From NCBI GenBank assembly GCA_964658305.1, contig OZ210885.1, positions 9,362,001-9,426,000 of the forward strand: 64,000 nt of DNA. Reading direction: 5' to 3'. Below the pieces are notes generated by a model. It was given only the letters and a program-made list of their open reading frames with translations. It was not told the origin of the DNA and did no database searches. The DNA is from Leptogorgia sarmentosa (Eukaryota). Both the position numbers and the translations under genes were made by a program. Positions within the stretch are counted from its first letter, which is position 1. Each line of letters begins with the position of its first letter. Of the stretch, positions 13,735 to 27,700 are shown in pieces.

Positions 13735-14140
13735 TATCGACGTCGAAAAGCCAACGTTGAATCGACGTCGAAAGTCTAACGTCGATTCAATTTGCGTTTT
13801 CGACCTGTTTTTCGACGTCGTATCGACGTCGAAAAGTCAACGTTGAATCGACGTCGAAAGTTCAACGTTGAATCGACGTCGAAACGTTAACGTTGAATCG
13901 ACGTCGAAAATGTAACGTCGATTCAATTTGCGTTTTCGACCTGTTTTTCGACGTCGTATCGACGTCGAAAAGTCAACGTTGAATCGACGTCGAAAGTTCA
14001 ACGTTGAATCGACGTCGAAAAGTTAACGTTGAATCGACGTCGAAAATGTAACGTCGATTCGATTTGCGTTTTCGACCTGTTTTTCGACGTCGTTTCGACG
14101 TCAGTAGTAACGTCGATTCGACGTTGAATCGACGTCGGTG
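13735..14140. repeat. Right subterminal repeat array with AACGTTGAATCGACGTCGAAA motif
   Basis: Same TCGACGTCG core as the left array in inverted sense, with a higher-order unit containing GATTCAATTTGCGTTTTCGACCTGTTTTT three times. Confidence 0.9.
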
Positions 14141-14380
14141 TGCTTACTGGGATGGGGTTGTTTAAAGGAATGTAAGATATATGTGCTTTAGTTTTAAAAT
14201 TGTCACGTGTATATCTACCAAACTCTTTCCCGCATGACTTATGTTTGAAAATCACGGTAACATGTACTTCGCTGTGATGGGTATTTAACTGCCAAAATCT
14301 TTGCGAAATTTAGTATACGAACTGTCTTTAATTTTTCATTCATATGATAATTGTATTTCCTAAGAAGAGGGAAAATATAA

Positions 14381-15185
14381 AGCCCGGCGCACACTAGAGG
14401 AAACAGCTAAGCTGAGCGTCACTCGTGAACGTTGGCGTAAGCTGTTTCCTCTAGTGTGCGCAGCCGTTTTCTGTGATTTCTGCCACGCGTGCTATCGGCG
14501 ACAAATATTCAACATGTTGAATACTTTTGGCAGGAATGACATTTTCCTCCAAGTGTGCGCGCGTCCTGAGGAAATAGCTCAGCAGTCGAAGGGACTGCGC
14601 ATACGTATTCCAACCTCAAGATGGCGGCAAGCAGTTCGGTATTAGTTGCTGAAGCCATTCTGGAAGATAAACTAGCCGATATTTGGCCCGACTATCCTTG
14701 TTTGTACGATGTACGCTCTCCAGATTTCAAGAACAGGGATTTACGCGAGAAAGCTTTTCAAGAAATGGCCGAAAAACTTGAGACAACATGTAAGATTTAA
14801 TTCATTGAAAAGCTTTCTCGCGTAAATCCCTGTTCTTGAAATCTGGAGAGCGTACATCGTACAAACAAGGATAGTCGGGCCAAATATCGGCTAGTTTATC
14901 TTCCAGAATGGCTTCAGCAACTAATACCGAACTGCTTGCCGCCATCTTGAGGTTGGAATACGCATGCGCAGTCCCTTCGACTGCTGAGCTATTTCCTCAG
15001 GACGCGCGCATACTTGGAGGAAAATGTCATTCCTGCCAAAAGTATTCAACATGTTGAATATTTGTCGCCGATAGCACGCGTGGCAGAAATCACAGAAAAC
15101 GGCTGCGCACACTAGAGGAAACAGCTTACGCCAACGTTCACGAGTGACGCTCAGCTTAGCTGTTTCCTCTAGTGTGCGCCGGGCT
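14381..15185. mobile_element. PIF/Harbinger-derived palindromic element carrying a MADF (Myb/SANT-like) first exon
   Basis: TIR AGCCCGGCGCACACTAGAGG with TAA TSD on both sides. 14621-14789 reads MAASSSVLVAEAILEDKLADIWPDYPCLYDVRSPDFKNRDLREKAFQEMAEKLETT followed by GTAAG. Confidence 0.85.
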
Positions 15186-17240
15186 TAACCGAATGATTTT
15201 AAATTCATGACGGATTAAAAATAAGTTGAGTTGCATTGTGCCCTGGTGTAAAGTTACGAACTCATGTCAGGCGAAAAACATTTTGGTATTTTACGTCATA
15301 GGGTGAGCTTGTATTGGTCGTTCAAACGTCTTATTATTGTGACAGAAATCATTTCAATGTACTGTTTTGTTGCATGAAACCCAACATGCATTACTTTTCA
15401 CTTTGCAACAATATTCCCGAAGCTTAAACAGCAACTTGCTTCAGCTTCATGTAGTTTATACACAGAATGTCTTGTGGTGAGTAGAATTCATCAAATTTAT
15501 TATCACTGAATTATTTTTACCGAGTAGTGTGTAAGGAAATATTCAATATGCGGCGCGCCAGTGCAGGTAGCGGATCACAACAGCAAACACCAGAAAGGGT
15601 TTTGCTCACTACCTAAACGATGCAATTAATAAGTTTCAATATTTGGAGCGAACGCCTTTTGTCGGAGTTCATCGTTTAACTTAGGTTTAGTCTGACGAAT
15701 AATAGCATCAAGTGCAGCGGAAGATCCACTCAACAAGGACTGTATTTTACTCGACGAAGAGCCTTTGTTCGAAAATTCGAATCTGCGCATGGTTTTTATA
15801 GTACTGATCAACTGTCATCTCATAGAAAGCAAGTATTTCATTGCTTTATTAGAATCAGAGTTGAAACATAAAATATTCCAGATACAAATGTATGTTGACA
15901 ATGTCATGGTGACCTAAACGATCTTGGATGTTTCACAACGACCATAGTGCAGTTTCATATTGTATTTGATTAAAAAGATTTACCCTAATTTGCATAAACT
16001 TTAGCTTGAAATAAGCGCTGCTGTCGAAAAAAAACCCATGTAAATTGTGCTATCAGTTATATTTATATTCATTATTGCTGACGCTAATCTAATCATTGCG
16101 GCTCTCTGTTCCCACGTAAATGTCACATATGAGTGTCTTGCTGAGTTATATTGTTCTTCGACCCAGCACCATTCAAGTGAAACCCGCAAACAGAATTGCT
16201 CGACTGACGTTCGCGAGATATGACGGCGTTGAGTTATGTGACACAAAATGAATACAGAATGGCTTTTTCTTTCAAAACATTTTAACACTCGATCGGTGAT
16301 TCTACGAAAATGATTCGAAATTATTTCCAGTTTGCAGAGAAACGTTGTAAAATGTCACATTGCAAATTCCCTTTCAAAGCACGATATCATGCGTCTGCAA
16401 CAAAATGCCAAATAAACGTGAACTTGAAGTATGTCGATGTCTTGCTTTATTTTGTGATTTCGTGAACACATATAAACACCTCACACACCACTTAGTTTAA
16501 GCAATTCGTCAAGCAAGAGCGGTTGTTTGTATGTTGTACACTTAAATTTTTCAGACAAGATACTCCTAAAACTAGATATCATTTCAAACGTTTTGATCTG
16601 AAAAGGTCGGAATCATGAATCATTAATTATATTTATTGAATGCTATAAAAAGCTTTTCATTACTATCTCCAGTGTATTCTTGGGGTTATTATATCATGGA
16701 GACGTATGACTCCGGCGAATGTTCAGTCATTGGCATGTCGTGCATTAGACATACAGCGCTACGTGGCACGATTTACTGAAAATCCTAAATTGAACTGAGC
16801 TTATTCAGACTTGAGCATGCAATGACCAGAGAGCCAAACAACACGCAGACGGACCTTAATTGCATTGTAATTTGACAACTTACAGTCTGTATCGCAAATT
16901 TCCTGCTCTTAATTATGATTAGATTTAGACGAGGCCTTTAAATTCATACGAAAGCAAACTTCATTACTGGTAGTGTGTACCATCACAATTGGTTATTCAA
17001 TTATTGCAAGATTAAGAATATTTGACTGATAGCATGGAAGTACTGTAAATGCTCGCAATTTTTATTGCCCAAAAACCTAGAATAGAATATTAATATAATA
17101 GAATAATCAGAATAGAATATTAATTTCCTTCACATCATCGTCACCTTGACAACCGTGTTGTTAATAACGCCCCCTGCTTGAGTTCTCTATTATCCTCGAT
17201 TAACTGCCGCACTGTAGTTGCACACAGTGCACAGTGCAAA

Positions 17241-17560
17241 AGTGCGACGTTAATTAAATTCATTATTCCCTATATCAGTAGGCTATTTAACAATTAGTCG
17301 CCTCAGGCTTCGGTGATCACAAGCTCATAGTCACCTCGGCGCAATTGTTTTAGTATAAATTCCCAGGTCAAACTGATTTGATTCAAACTGTCTTTTAAAA
17401 AGTACGACGTTAATTAAATTCATTATTCCCTATATCAGTAGGCTATTTAACAATTAGTCGCCTCAGGCTTCGGTGATCACAAGCTCATAGTCACCTCGGC
17501 GCAATTGTTTTAGTATAAATTCCCAGGTCAAACTGATTTGATTCAAACTGTCTTTTAAGT
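17241..17560. repeat. 160-bp tandem duplication
   Basis: 17241-17400 and 17401-17560 are nearly identical. Confidence 0.9.
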
Positions 17561-17920
17561 AGAAACTCAAGTTTTGTTTACTTTGCTTATAGTTTGTTTA
17601 CATAAAATAATTCACGCTCATATCACCACTTTGCTAGTGAAAAAAGCCAGTTTTGTTGCAAAAAATAACAATAAATAAAATATTTTACTTTGAAAGATTT
17701 TTAAACCATATTTTGTCGTTTGTTTAACTTTCTTGGGGATGCTTTCTTGTTTAATTTCGTCAATTTCCTCCTGCGAAACTTCAGCAAACCGAGCGGCCAT
17801 TTTGAATTTTAATTATGAAAATCTTTATAGTCACTGCCCGGTGACTATAACACCAGAGACAGCAAATTTTAACCAATCAGATTGCAGGAAATGTTATAGT
17901 CACTTCAAAATTTATACTAA
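17447..17920 (-). mobile_element. Crypton-like non-autonomous element
   Basis: ORF start MAARFAEVSQEEIDEIKQESIPKKVKQTTKYGLKIFQ resembles Crypton/DUF3504-family N-termini. Short inverted repeat TTAGTATAAAT at 17510 and 17910-17920, plus a terminal hairpin. Confidence 0.6.
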
Positions 17921-18166
17921 GTATAAATATACATATGTCGCTTTACAAATTCAATAAATCTTGCTTGTCTGATTTTTCAAAACTGGGTTACTCATACAGT
18001 ATTTTCAAAGGACATACCAGTCTTTTCAAAGAAACTTCTACTTTCACAAATTTGTAAAACATTAAAATGTCAGAAAGTAATTATGTCTGTACTATTTACA
18101 AAAGCTTTGTGCTTTGGTAGCTAAAATTGTAACACCATTATTTTATGTTTACTTCATAGAACGATA

Positions 18167-18749
18167 ATGATATCAGAGGAAGAACAACATTGGGTTTTAG
18201 TTGGCATTGCCTTTACCAAAGTTCTTGCACCTGCATTGAGGAAAGTTGTCGCCACTGAACTTGGGAAATGGTATCATTCTTTATGCCAACCACCTGATGA
18301 AATTCAAAAGCAAGATTTCGCAGCATACAGAAGGAAGAAATTACCCCCTTCCACACATAACCTACAATATCAGAACATTAACAATAACATCCACAAGCGT
18401 ACTAAATCAGCTTATGATTATGCTGTTAAAGATCCTGTCTCTTTGGCGAAACTATTCGTCACGGACTTTATGGCACATTTCACTGGATTTGATAAAACCA
18501 TGGATATGTCAGCACTTTTGACTATTATCGGCAAGGCAGCACCTTTTGTATCTTCTGGTGCTGCAGCTGAAGCAAACAAAGTTCGGACGGACATCAGAAA
18601 CCCATGGGCTCATTGTAACATCTCTGAATGGAAAGTACATAAGTTTAATGCCTCGTTTCAAGGAATGAAATCTTTGGTCAATTTGTTAAATTTACCAACA
18701 GCTGACGGAAAAATAATTTGTGATGAACTAGATTTCTGGAATAAAACAG
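18167..18749 (+). CDS. Coding exon 1: HEPN-like domain (DZIP3/CXorf38-like) with RxxxxH
   Basis: Acceptor TTCATAG ends 18159, ATG 18167, donor ACAG|GTACTG. Helical sequence with DMSALL and VRTDIRNPWAH. Confidence 0.8.
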
Positions 18750-21700
18750 GTACTGTATTATTAGCATTATTGCCGGAATTTCATCATGCCTTTAAATATG
18801 TTTTGCGCAGATCATTTTTTATCTCCGGTAAGAAAACCCCCATGTGTTGAAAGAATTTCTCTTATTATTCATTTATTATTATTATTATTATTATTATCAT
18901 CCAATTTTATTCATATATTACCATATATACAATTCAATGCGATTCTCAATACGATCAATCGTTGAAATTATATGGGGTCGAACAGGTAAAAAAAATTAAA
19001 TTCTCCAATAGTGTAGCTATACTTTGAAACTTTACATAGAAATCTAGTGTTGAATTGGTGACAGTGATTTATTTTTAGACCTTCATATAAGTGCAGAAGT
19101 TAAATGCCTTTAATACTGTATACAACATGATATACAGTATAGTACAACTAATATATGCTGACATATGAATAAAATCAAAATTTTGACATGAATTAGACTT
19201 CGTAAATCGTACTAATTCCAGTTGGACATTTGTGTTCAAAACTTCAATCATTCAAAAGTCGGGAATGTTTAACGCAATTTTGCCAATTTTTTCATTTTAG
19301 TATTAGGCACGCAAAATTGATAGACTTTTCTCGATAAGGATATAAATGCATGGGTAATACTAAAATATACAAAATTTGAAAACTTTACAGGGTCATATTT
19401 TTCGCATTTTAAAACATTTCTCAACCAGACTTTACATTTTTACTAACTTCGTGATACTCTTTAACGCTGTTGCTCTGGATTGTACTATTTCGAAATTTTT
19501 GCATGTCTATATCATGCAAAAAATCTACTTTACTCAAAACGTCCAACCTATTTGCATTGTTTAGGTAGTGGGTATGACATGTGCTGCTTGCTGATGTTGT
19601 TATCCCCTACCTACTACACTGGCCGCATATTGAAGTTTGCTAGTAACGACGACAGACCATGCTTACTTATCAAATAGTTTGTATGGACAGCAAGGCATGC
19701 TTTTTCATGTATCCTTCGTGCTACGCGCATTAGCAGCGGTATATTTAAGTGTTTGCGATACTCAAGATAAATTTTCTTCATTATTTCCAGACATTCTTGT
19801 TGATGGTCGTCACGCAAAACTAATTGCAGAAAGTGTAGCTGAACTTTGCCGTTGTATCAAAAACTACGATTTGGACGCCACAAAGGTTTGAGGAACTTTT
19901 GATGTTTCATTTAACAGTCGTTGAATAAGTAGGAAGACGCTGTTTAAATTAATATAAGACATGTTTCAAATGCGAGCGAGTGCAAATTTTCAGCGTGGGA
20001 ACGCAATCTGTGCTTTTTTTCGATAATGCTGTTTTTATGAGTTTTGCTTTACCCGTTAAACGTTGCAAGTCAAACATGTGCATACTTTTTTGGGGACACG
20101 TTTGCAATAGAATACTTAGAACGAAGCGTGTACTGATAAATAAAACACACTACATATCAATTACTGATAAATAACATACTCTTTTAGGGGGAAAAAAACT
20201 AACCCAAGGGGCTGGGACATCCCATTAAGCAAAACAATTTAGCCATTCTCATAGGCAAGATTAGGCAAACCTAAATTTTGATAGATAACAATTATTTTTC
20301 CTTGCAAAATTGCTATTGAGGTTCCAACGTTGAACTACAAATTTCTGAAAAGTTCACAAACTAGGAAACTTGCATATCAAATTTCAATAGACCTTATGTA
20401 TAATGTCGTCACAAAAATTTTAGCTCGTATTCGACTTTACATCTGTGTCGACCAAACATTGAAATATTTCGTCCTCACAGTGAGGTAAAAATTATTTGAT
20501 GGTAATTCGAAAATTTTGGGAAAAAAGGGCCAATTTATAAGAGAGGAAAAAATAGGTACGCATAACGTACATGTGGGTAGCCCGTAAAAGATCGGCCAAG
20601 CAATTTCCCTTTCTCTAAAATCCCAACCATTAAAGGGAAATATTGATAAAGCTCAGACGGTTAAGCACACGGGCGTGCGTCGCTGTTCAAACAAACCAAG
20701 TCCACAGAGTTTCCGTCTTCTCTCTTCAGCTAGCCACAATGCGTAGTTTCTGTCCCGAGGATTCTTGACTTGCTCAGTAATTGCCTTCAAGTTCTCCTTT
20801 AGTAATTCTATGTAATTTCGGAATTAACTGCCTAAGCGACTGGCTTCGGTTTTTCACCTTTCCTGGGCGAGAGTTGGATATAACTCCATCGTTTATCGAC
20901 TAGAGCACTCCAACTATAGAACGACTGTCTTTAAACTTCAGGACATCAGACCGTAGTTGATTCTTTTCAGTGTTGGAGCTTAGTTCACCCCACGCTAGTT
21001 ACGCTTCGTCACCTTTTTTTCATTCAGGAACTAACAATTTTACTTTACTCATCTCGCCTAAGATTGTTTTCAGTCACCTCGATACACGCTTTCAATTCCA
21101 ACTCGAATCCTTGTGACCCTGCCCTCTTTACTTGTCTGGACGTCCAAAGCACCACGAACTCTGTCCTCGCCTCATATATATTGTCTCATTAATTTACATA
21201 CTCATCTTAATCTCTAATCTAATAATATACTTAAAAAAAATTCTCGATTCTGATTGGTTGAAAGAAGTGCAATTTTAAGGAAATACAGTACCAAACAAGG
21301 AAATTCAGTGCCAAAAAAAGAAATTCAGTGCAGATTTCTTCAGATGTTTACGCCTTCTGATTGGCTGAGATTATAAAGCTAGCCAATAAGATTAAGCCAT
21401 TTCTGGCGAACAATAGAAAATATGAAATTATTCGAGGATGAAATAATGGCTGCCTCTTTGGGTAGATTCTTTTAGCAACAGACAAATGATAGAAGGGCTT
21501 ACAAATTGTTCGAAAAATGAAAATACCGCCAAAGATATCTAGTCTTGTGGTTGATTGTGCGGATAAAGTGTTGCATTAAAAAGAAAATACAGCGCGAGTA
21601 CAAAATATTCCGCAAGAGGTGTTAGATTATATATTTTGCTCGATTGTTTTTATGCTGAACGAAAACTGTGAATTAAAAAAGAAACGGCGATGAATGTGAA

Positions 21701-24700
21701 CCAGACACTTAAAAGTGATATTAACAGCAGTCGATGTTGACAACCTTTTTATAATACAAGACAGAGATTTCTCTTCGTTCAAGCAAGTGCTAGGTGGACA
21801 AGCAAAACATCTCCGTATATTAGCGGCAGAACAAAGCGAGACAAGTATATTCTATTTAAATTCTCATGCAATTTGGAAAAAACATACACTCATGAGCTTT
21901 TCAAAGACTTCAAATAGCACTCGTCCTTTGGACTCCTGCAATTTTGAATGTCTTTGAAAAACTCACTCGTGCATGTTTTTTCCAAATTGCACTCGAAACC
22001 ATACAATCACCTATACTAATAACGTCAGATTATAACTATTGTTACATCACACACCTTAAGCCGCTTTGTGAAGTTGAGAGTGATTTCAAATTTGTTTCAG
22101 CCCGTCAATTGAATTTACTAAATTAATTTTATCTATTCAGATAAATCCAGTGATGGAGAAACTCGATAACATACAATCCACACTGCTTCGCAAAATTAAA
22201 GAGGTTGAAAGGTCTGCAGCTGAGAACTCAATGGAGCTTAAACGTCTGGCGGAGAAAACAGATGAAATCGAATGTCGTCAGAAAAAGCCGAGGACGGAGC
22301 ATTCAGATTTTGCAGAGAAAAAAGGTAGTGTTTCAATTAACTAGGAAAGATGGGAAACTATTTATGCAAAATATATTATGCAGGAAAATTTACAGAGTAT
22401 CAGGCAGCCATTCAATTTTCAAAATTTGTTCCCCACGAACCTTCCCGGTCTTGAACGTTCTGTTTCTAAGAATTTCTTGTAGGCAAATATCTCGTTAGAG
22501 TAAACGGCAACAGGAATCCAATATGTCTTCTAACACTTCCCAGATTTAGTGATCCAATCCGTTTATTGGCAGTGCAGTACGCGCTGTCGCACTCATCATC
22601 ACTAAAAATGAATTTTAATGTTGGGCGGGTTAACTGCATAGGACACAACCAAATAAAAAACGGTCGTGAAAAGTTGACGCCGCTCAATTGCGACAAGAAT
22701 GCTTAAATGTTGCTGATAGTAGTTAAATGCTTGTTCTTTTGATTTATGTCCTAAAATGCCTCATTATCATTTTGATTTATGATATTGACTTTAATTCAGT
22801 AACAAACATACTAAATACACGAGAACGGGACTGGATCCAATGCACGGTGTCAGCCTGACAAAAATATACAAACTACTAGGGTAACTATTATAATAATTTT
22901 ATTCACGCATTTAAATAGATAAAATTAGAATGACAAGGAGACGTCCTATCTAACGAACATATTAATAAGTACAAGGTGAATCGGGATCGAATGTTGTTGT
23001 GAAAAGTTCCTGATAAGTTTTGTACAAGATTCCAACCTGGGAAAGGTTAATAGAACAGGAAGAGCGTAATCGTATCATACGTTTTATTCAATTGCACTCT
23101 TATGTTAATTTGCATCTACATCTTTCTAGCATGCAAGCATTTTATTCTATATTCAATGGCTACTTTCTACGGGCAAACCCTGCCGACCGTACAGTTCATA
23201 TTTCTTCTCCCCCTCTGGAATAGTTTGTGACAACAAGTTTAATAAATTCATGATAACATGCTTCAACATCTGGCTACAGTTTAGGTATAACGGATAACTA
23301 CATCAATAAACAAAAATTGTTCAGACTAACTACTTGTCCCCCATTCCCCCCTGAAACAATCTTGTAACAACGATCTCACGCCATCTGGTTTGCTGAAAAA
23401 GATCCAGGCAGAATTGTTAACGGGGGAAGCCGGGAAGGGGGGAAATATTAAAACAAATTGAAGAAGATCTGGATAAATTCATGTGTGAATATGAGAAAAA
23501 TATTTGAAGTAGCTAAAGTCTCATTTTGCACGGGAATTGTAGATCCATCCCTGTTTAGTTGTATTCATCCAGCATATTCCGTTTATTTTATATTGTAGTT
23601 GCGTATGGATTACGCAATCTACCTCGTGACATGGTGGAAAGACCATCAGAAGTGAACGACATATTGAAACTACTTACAGAAGGAAATAATCGAGTTGGTG
23701 TGGTCGGGAATCGTAGCGGCGACGTCGTTGGTATCCGTGGTATGGGGGGTCTGGGTAAGACCATCTTAGCTCTGGCTGTCGCTTGGTCTGCCAAAGAATC
23801 TCGTCAGGTAATATGGCTTGATGTTGGAGAAACTCCTGACTGCTTATCACTCATTAACCTCCTCATAAAAGTTCTTGGTGGCGAAGCCTCGTTCACTGAC
23901 ATCCGGGCAGCGCAATCCTGGGTCTCAGCAAACACGGTATGTGTGAATTATTTGAACATTTTGTAATACTCATTGATGCGTTATTACACAAAATCGTTGT
24001 CAAAAGTTACTGGTGATGCAAATAGCGCGTTATATAAACTTCCACTGATTCCGTCATAAGAGGAAAACAGAGAAAGTGATTAGCGTGATGAGATGGATAT
24101 CAGGTTTTTTCGTTGTAAAATAACGAACACATATGTAAGCTTTTTACCACTCACATGCAGTATGCCAATGACAAAGACGAGGATACACTAGGTGAGGGTC
24201 GCCCTTTTAATCAGTGCCATACATAGCCCGATAATGCGCGGGGATCATATTCATGTATATTCGTATTCTTAATGACTTTTTCGAAATCTAGTGTCTTTGA
24301 ACTTTGTAAACGCGGATATATGAATGTGCCTTCTCCAATTATCGATTTGGCTACCCATCTATTGATAATTCTGAAGCAGTGGCAACGTTGCTTCTGCTTC
24401 GACCCAGTTAATTTTACCCAAGAAACTCGAAAAGCATCAGCACAGCGACAGTATATAAAGCAGTTTTCTATGTATTGCAGAGTGACAAAGATTGCTTGGT
24501 GATTCTTGATGATGTTTGGAGTGTAAACCACGCTTCTGTATTTGATCATCTCTCTGGAAAATGCCAATTATTAATAACTACAAGGAATTCTGAAGTTGTT
24601 CGCGGTTTACGAGGTTCTGCTTTGTATAAACTCAATTTTTTAAAACGGACTGGATCTTACAAGCTCTTGTATCAAAGCGCCCAAGTCACCGAGGACGAGC

Positions 24701-27700
24701 AGTCCGAGTTTAGCTCAAACATGCGGCGAATTATAGAGGAAATGTTAAACCATTGTGGCGATCTACCGCTAGCTCTGTCCCTTGTGGGTTCAAGTTTAGC
24801 CGACACTCGCGACGAACAAGACTGGGAAGACGTTTTAAATGACCTCAAAAAAGCAGACTTGGTAAAATTACGTTCAATATATCCCGCCGAAGCTTATCCT
24901 TACGATAACGTCTTAACAGCCATTAACGCCAGCTTTCAACATTTGGACGAAGAAATACGAGAAAAGTTTCTAGATTTCGCTTTATTTCCAGAAGATACGG
25001 ATGTACCATTAGACATTCTTGAGCTGTTTTGGTCTTCCAAAGTAGCCGGAAGAACTTCGTGCAGCCGTCGTGAAGGAAGACGTATACTTGATGAGCTCGA
25101 AAAGAAGTCGATGATTCAACAAGGTAAATGAAGACAGGGTGCATGATAACTAGACAAAAATCTATCGCCACAGTTGGAAACAGCGTGCAATAATTACTAT
25201 AACTGCAAAGTTTAAAGAAGAAATGTCATAAAATGGGAATATCATTGCCAGACATAATTCATTTTGTGTACCATTTTATCAGCACAAAGTAAATTATATC
25301 CATTTCAGACGATAATGTGTATTAACTTACTTCTGCGTCATAAATAGTATGTAAATTGTGCTAAATTTGCATGGGCATAATTTCCCCATTTTATGATTTT
25401 TATTCTTCAAACTTTGCTTTCATACTATTTTCAGCACGCTGTTTGATGATAGCTTGTTGATTTTTGTCTTATTTTTAAACTTTCGCGATCGCTAAATTTG
25501 TCTGTTGCTTTTGCTTCCTGCACCATAATCAAATGAAATTCACGAAAAAGACGAGAGGTTTCTAAAATATTTTTTTACTACAGCTCCTTTTGTGAAAGCT
25601 TTAACATTAGCATTAACTGTCAACAAGTTGTTAGGCTGAACTTTCAATCAAACCAATGTCGACGTCAAACAAGCCTAAGGAAATTAATTTTCAGCTATAA
25701 TCATATGACTTGCTGCCTCATATGTGGGTAAGCCAAATTTCCCCATTCACTTTCCCAATATTTTCAGTGTTTTCCTCTGACATTCCCAGATGAGCAACAA
25801 ATCGAATTGGATAGGAAATTTTTTCATCTCCCTGGGGTATACTGAATCTGAAATATTATAGTACTATAGCCTGACTGCAGGCCCAGAATGCTCTAGTGTC
25901 CTGTACTAAAACGTTTCGAATCACCATATGTGACTATGTTCTCCAATGGCAGAATTTAATTCAGTGCGAAATGGCGCACGATCGACTTCTAGCGAACGCT
26001 TTAATTTGAAATACAAACAGTCAACGATTCTCATTAACATTAAATTGCAAGCATTTCAAAAGAAAGCGATCGCTAACCAAAATTTTGCACTTAATTGAAA
26101 TTCGCCTTATAACGATAATTTTCAGGATCTGATATCCATGGAAAAAAGAGCTACCGTCTCCACGATCTCCTTTTGGGTTTTGCAGGTGCAAAACTAGGAG
26201 GCAAACTAAGTTCTGTCCAGTGTTTGTTCGTGGAGGCACTTCGTGGTCATTGCGAGAACGGTGATTGGGGAAAATTCAAAGGCAACAAGGATTATTATTT
26301 CAAGTACCTGACCCATCACCTTCATTCCTCCGAGCAATTTGATGAACTACATAAACTGTTCTTCAATTTTAACTGGCTTTATGAAAAGGTGAATCAATTC
26401 GATCACCCCTCCTTAATATCAGATTTTCGTTTTCTGGACCCTCCCTCGAAAGAAATCGAACTGCTCAAGACGTCGTTGATGCTGTCTTCGACGGTTATCG
26501 AGAAGAATTTGCATTCTATTGGTCCACAGCTGTTAGGTAATTACTTTATTTTTTTTTTGCTAAATTTTGTTTCACTACCTAAATAATACGATATAATAAG
26601 ATTCCACATTTCTACAAAAGGCTTTTGAAAGCTGGTGTATCAAATTCTTCCGATTGCTTTTTACTTGGTTTCCATTACACTCACTAATATAAAAACCCTT
26701 GTGTTTTCCCCCGACCCCACTACTAATTAACGACTAAGGGTCTTTGCTCGATACGTCGAAACGGCTACCACCACTGCCCAAGTACGCTTGCATGTAGATG
26801 AATGGCAATTGTTTTGGGTCGTTACCACACTATATAACGCGAAGTATTACTTCATGAATGTTATGCCTATCTTTATAAATACTCCATTAGGCATGCTATC
26901 CGAAAACAAAGATTCTCTGTTGTTAACCAACTAGTTCGTATGTATACGCGGTTCTTACATATGATGCGTCTCCATGGGTAATACACGCCCATGATTCACA
27001 CGAAGTATGCATGCGATTGGTCAATTTTAACAGTCACTGTCATTCACCCACACCATATATTATTGGAGATTGGAATCAAATTCATTTAGACATTAAATAA
27101 TCAATAATATTAAGAATTTACAAAACTGTAGGAAGTAACGTTCTGTTGTATTGGAATAAAGTATTTTTTGGTGTTAAGCATGAGATCGGTGCTTTGCGAA
27201 TTCACAGAACTTTAACAGTCTTTCTACTTTTGTTTTGCGAAGCGATGTTTTATGCTTTCTGGCATTGTAAAAAGGGCGTGAATGGACCGCTTACATAATA
27301 GAGAAAATTTTCAAAAACCTCGAAATAATATACAATTCAAAATAACAGCGTTAAAGAGCATTCCAAAGTTAGTACGATTGCAGAGTTTGGTTGCGAAATG
27401 ATGTAAAATGCGAGAAATATACCCCTGTGAAGTTTTCAAAGTTGGTATATTTTTGTATTACGCACGCAGAATTGATACCCAGGGGCGTAAATATGGGAGT
27501 GTGTGTGGGGGGGGGGGGGGTGGTCCACCCCCCCCAAAGTCACTGGCCAGTCGGTCTCAAAATACGTACAACAGGTCTCAAAATACAAAATTACGCAATA
27601 GAAGGATTAAATGCGTTGCTGAGCGAAGACCGACATATTATCTCGAGATCGACTGCATTCATAACAATAAATTATAAAAAGTAAAGTGATTATGCAGTTT

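Larger units (their letters stand above)
10805..14151. mobile_element. Non-autonomous CACTA/EnSpm-type DNA transposon with subterminal repeat arrays
   Basis: Termini CCCAGCAAACAC and GTGCTTACTGGG with 2-bp TSD AT. TCGACGTCGA-rich arrays at both ends. Relic exon 13229-13330 reads STESDVYKAMGQILKYAPDRKGGSRK. Confidence 0.8.

Noticed and set aside
20690..21190. Compositionally distinct segment that might be a solo LTR
   Set aside because: No TG...CA ends, TSD or second copy could be identified.
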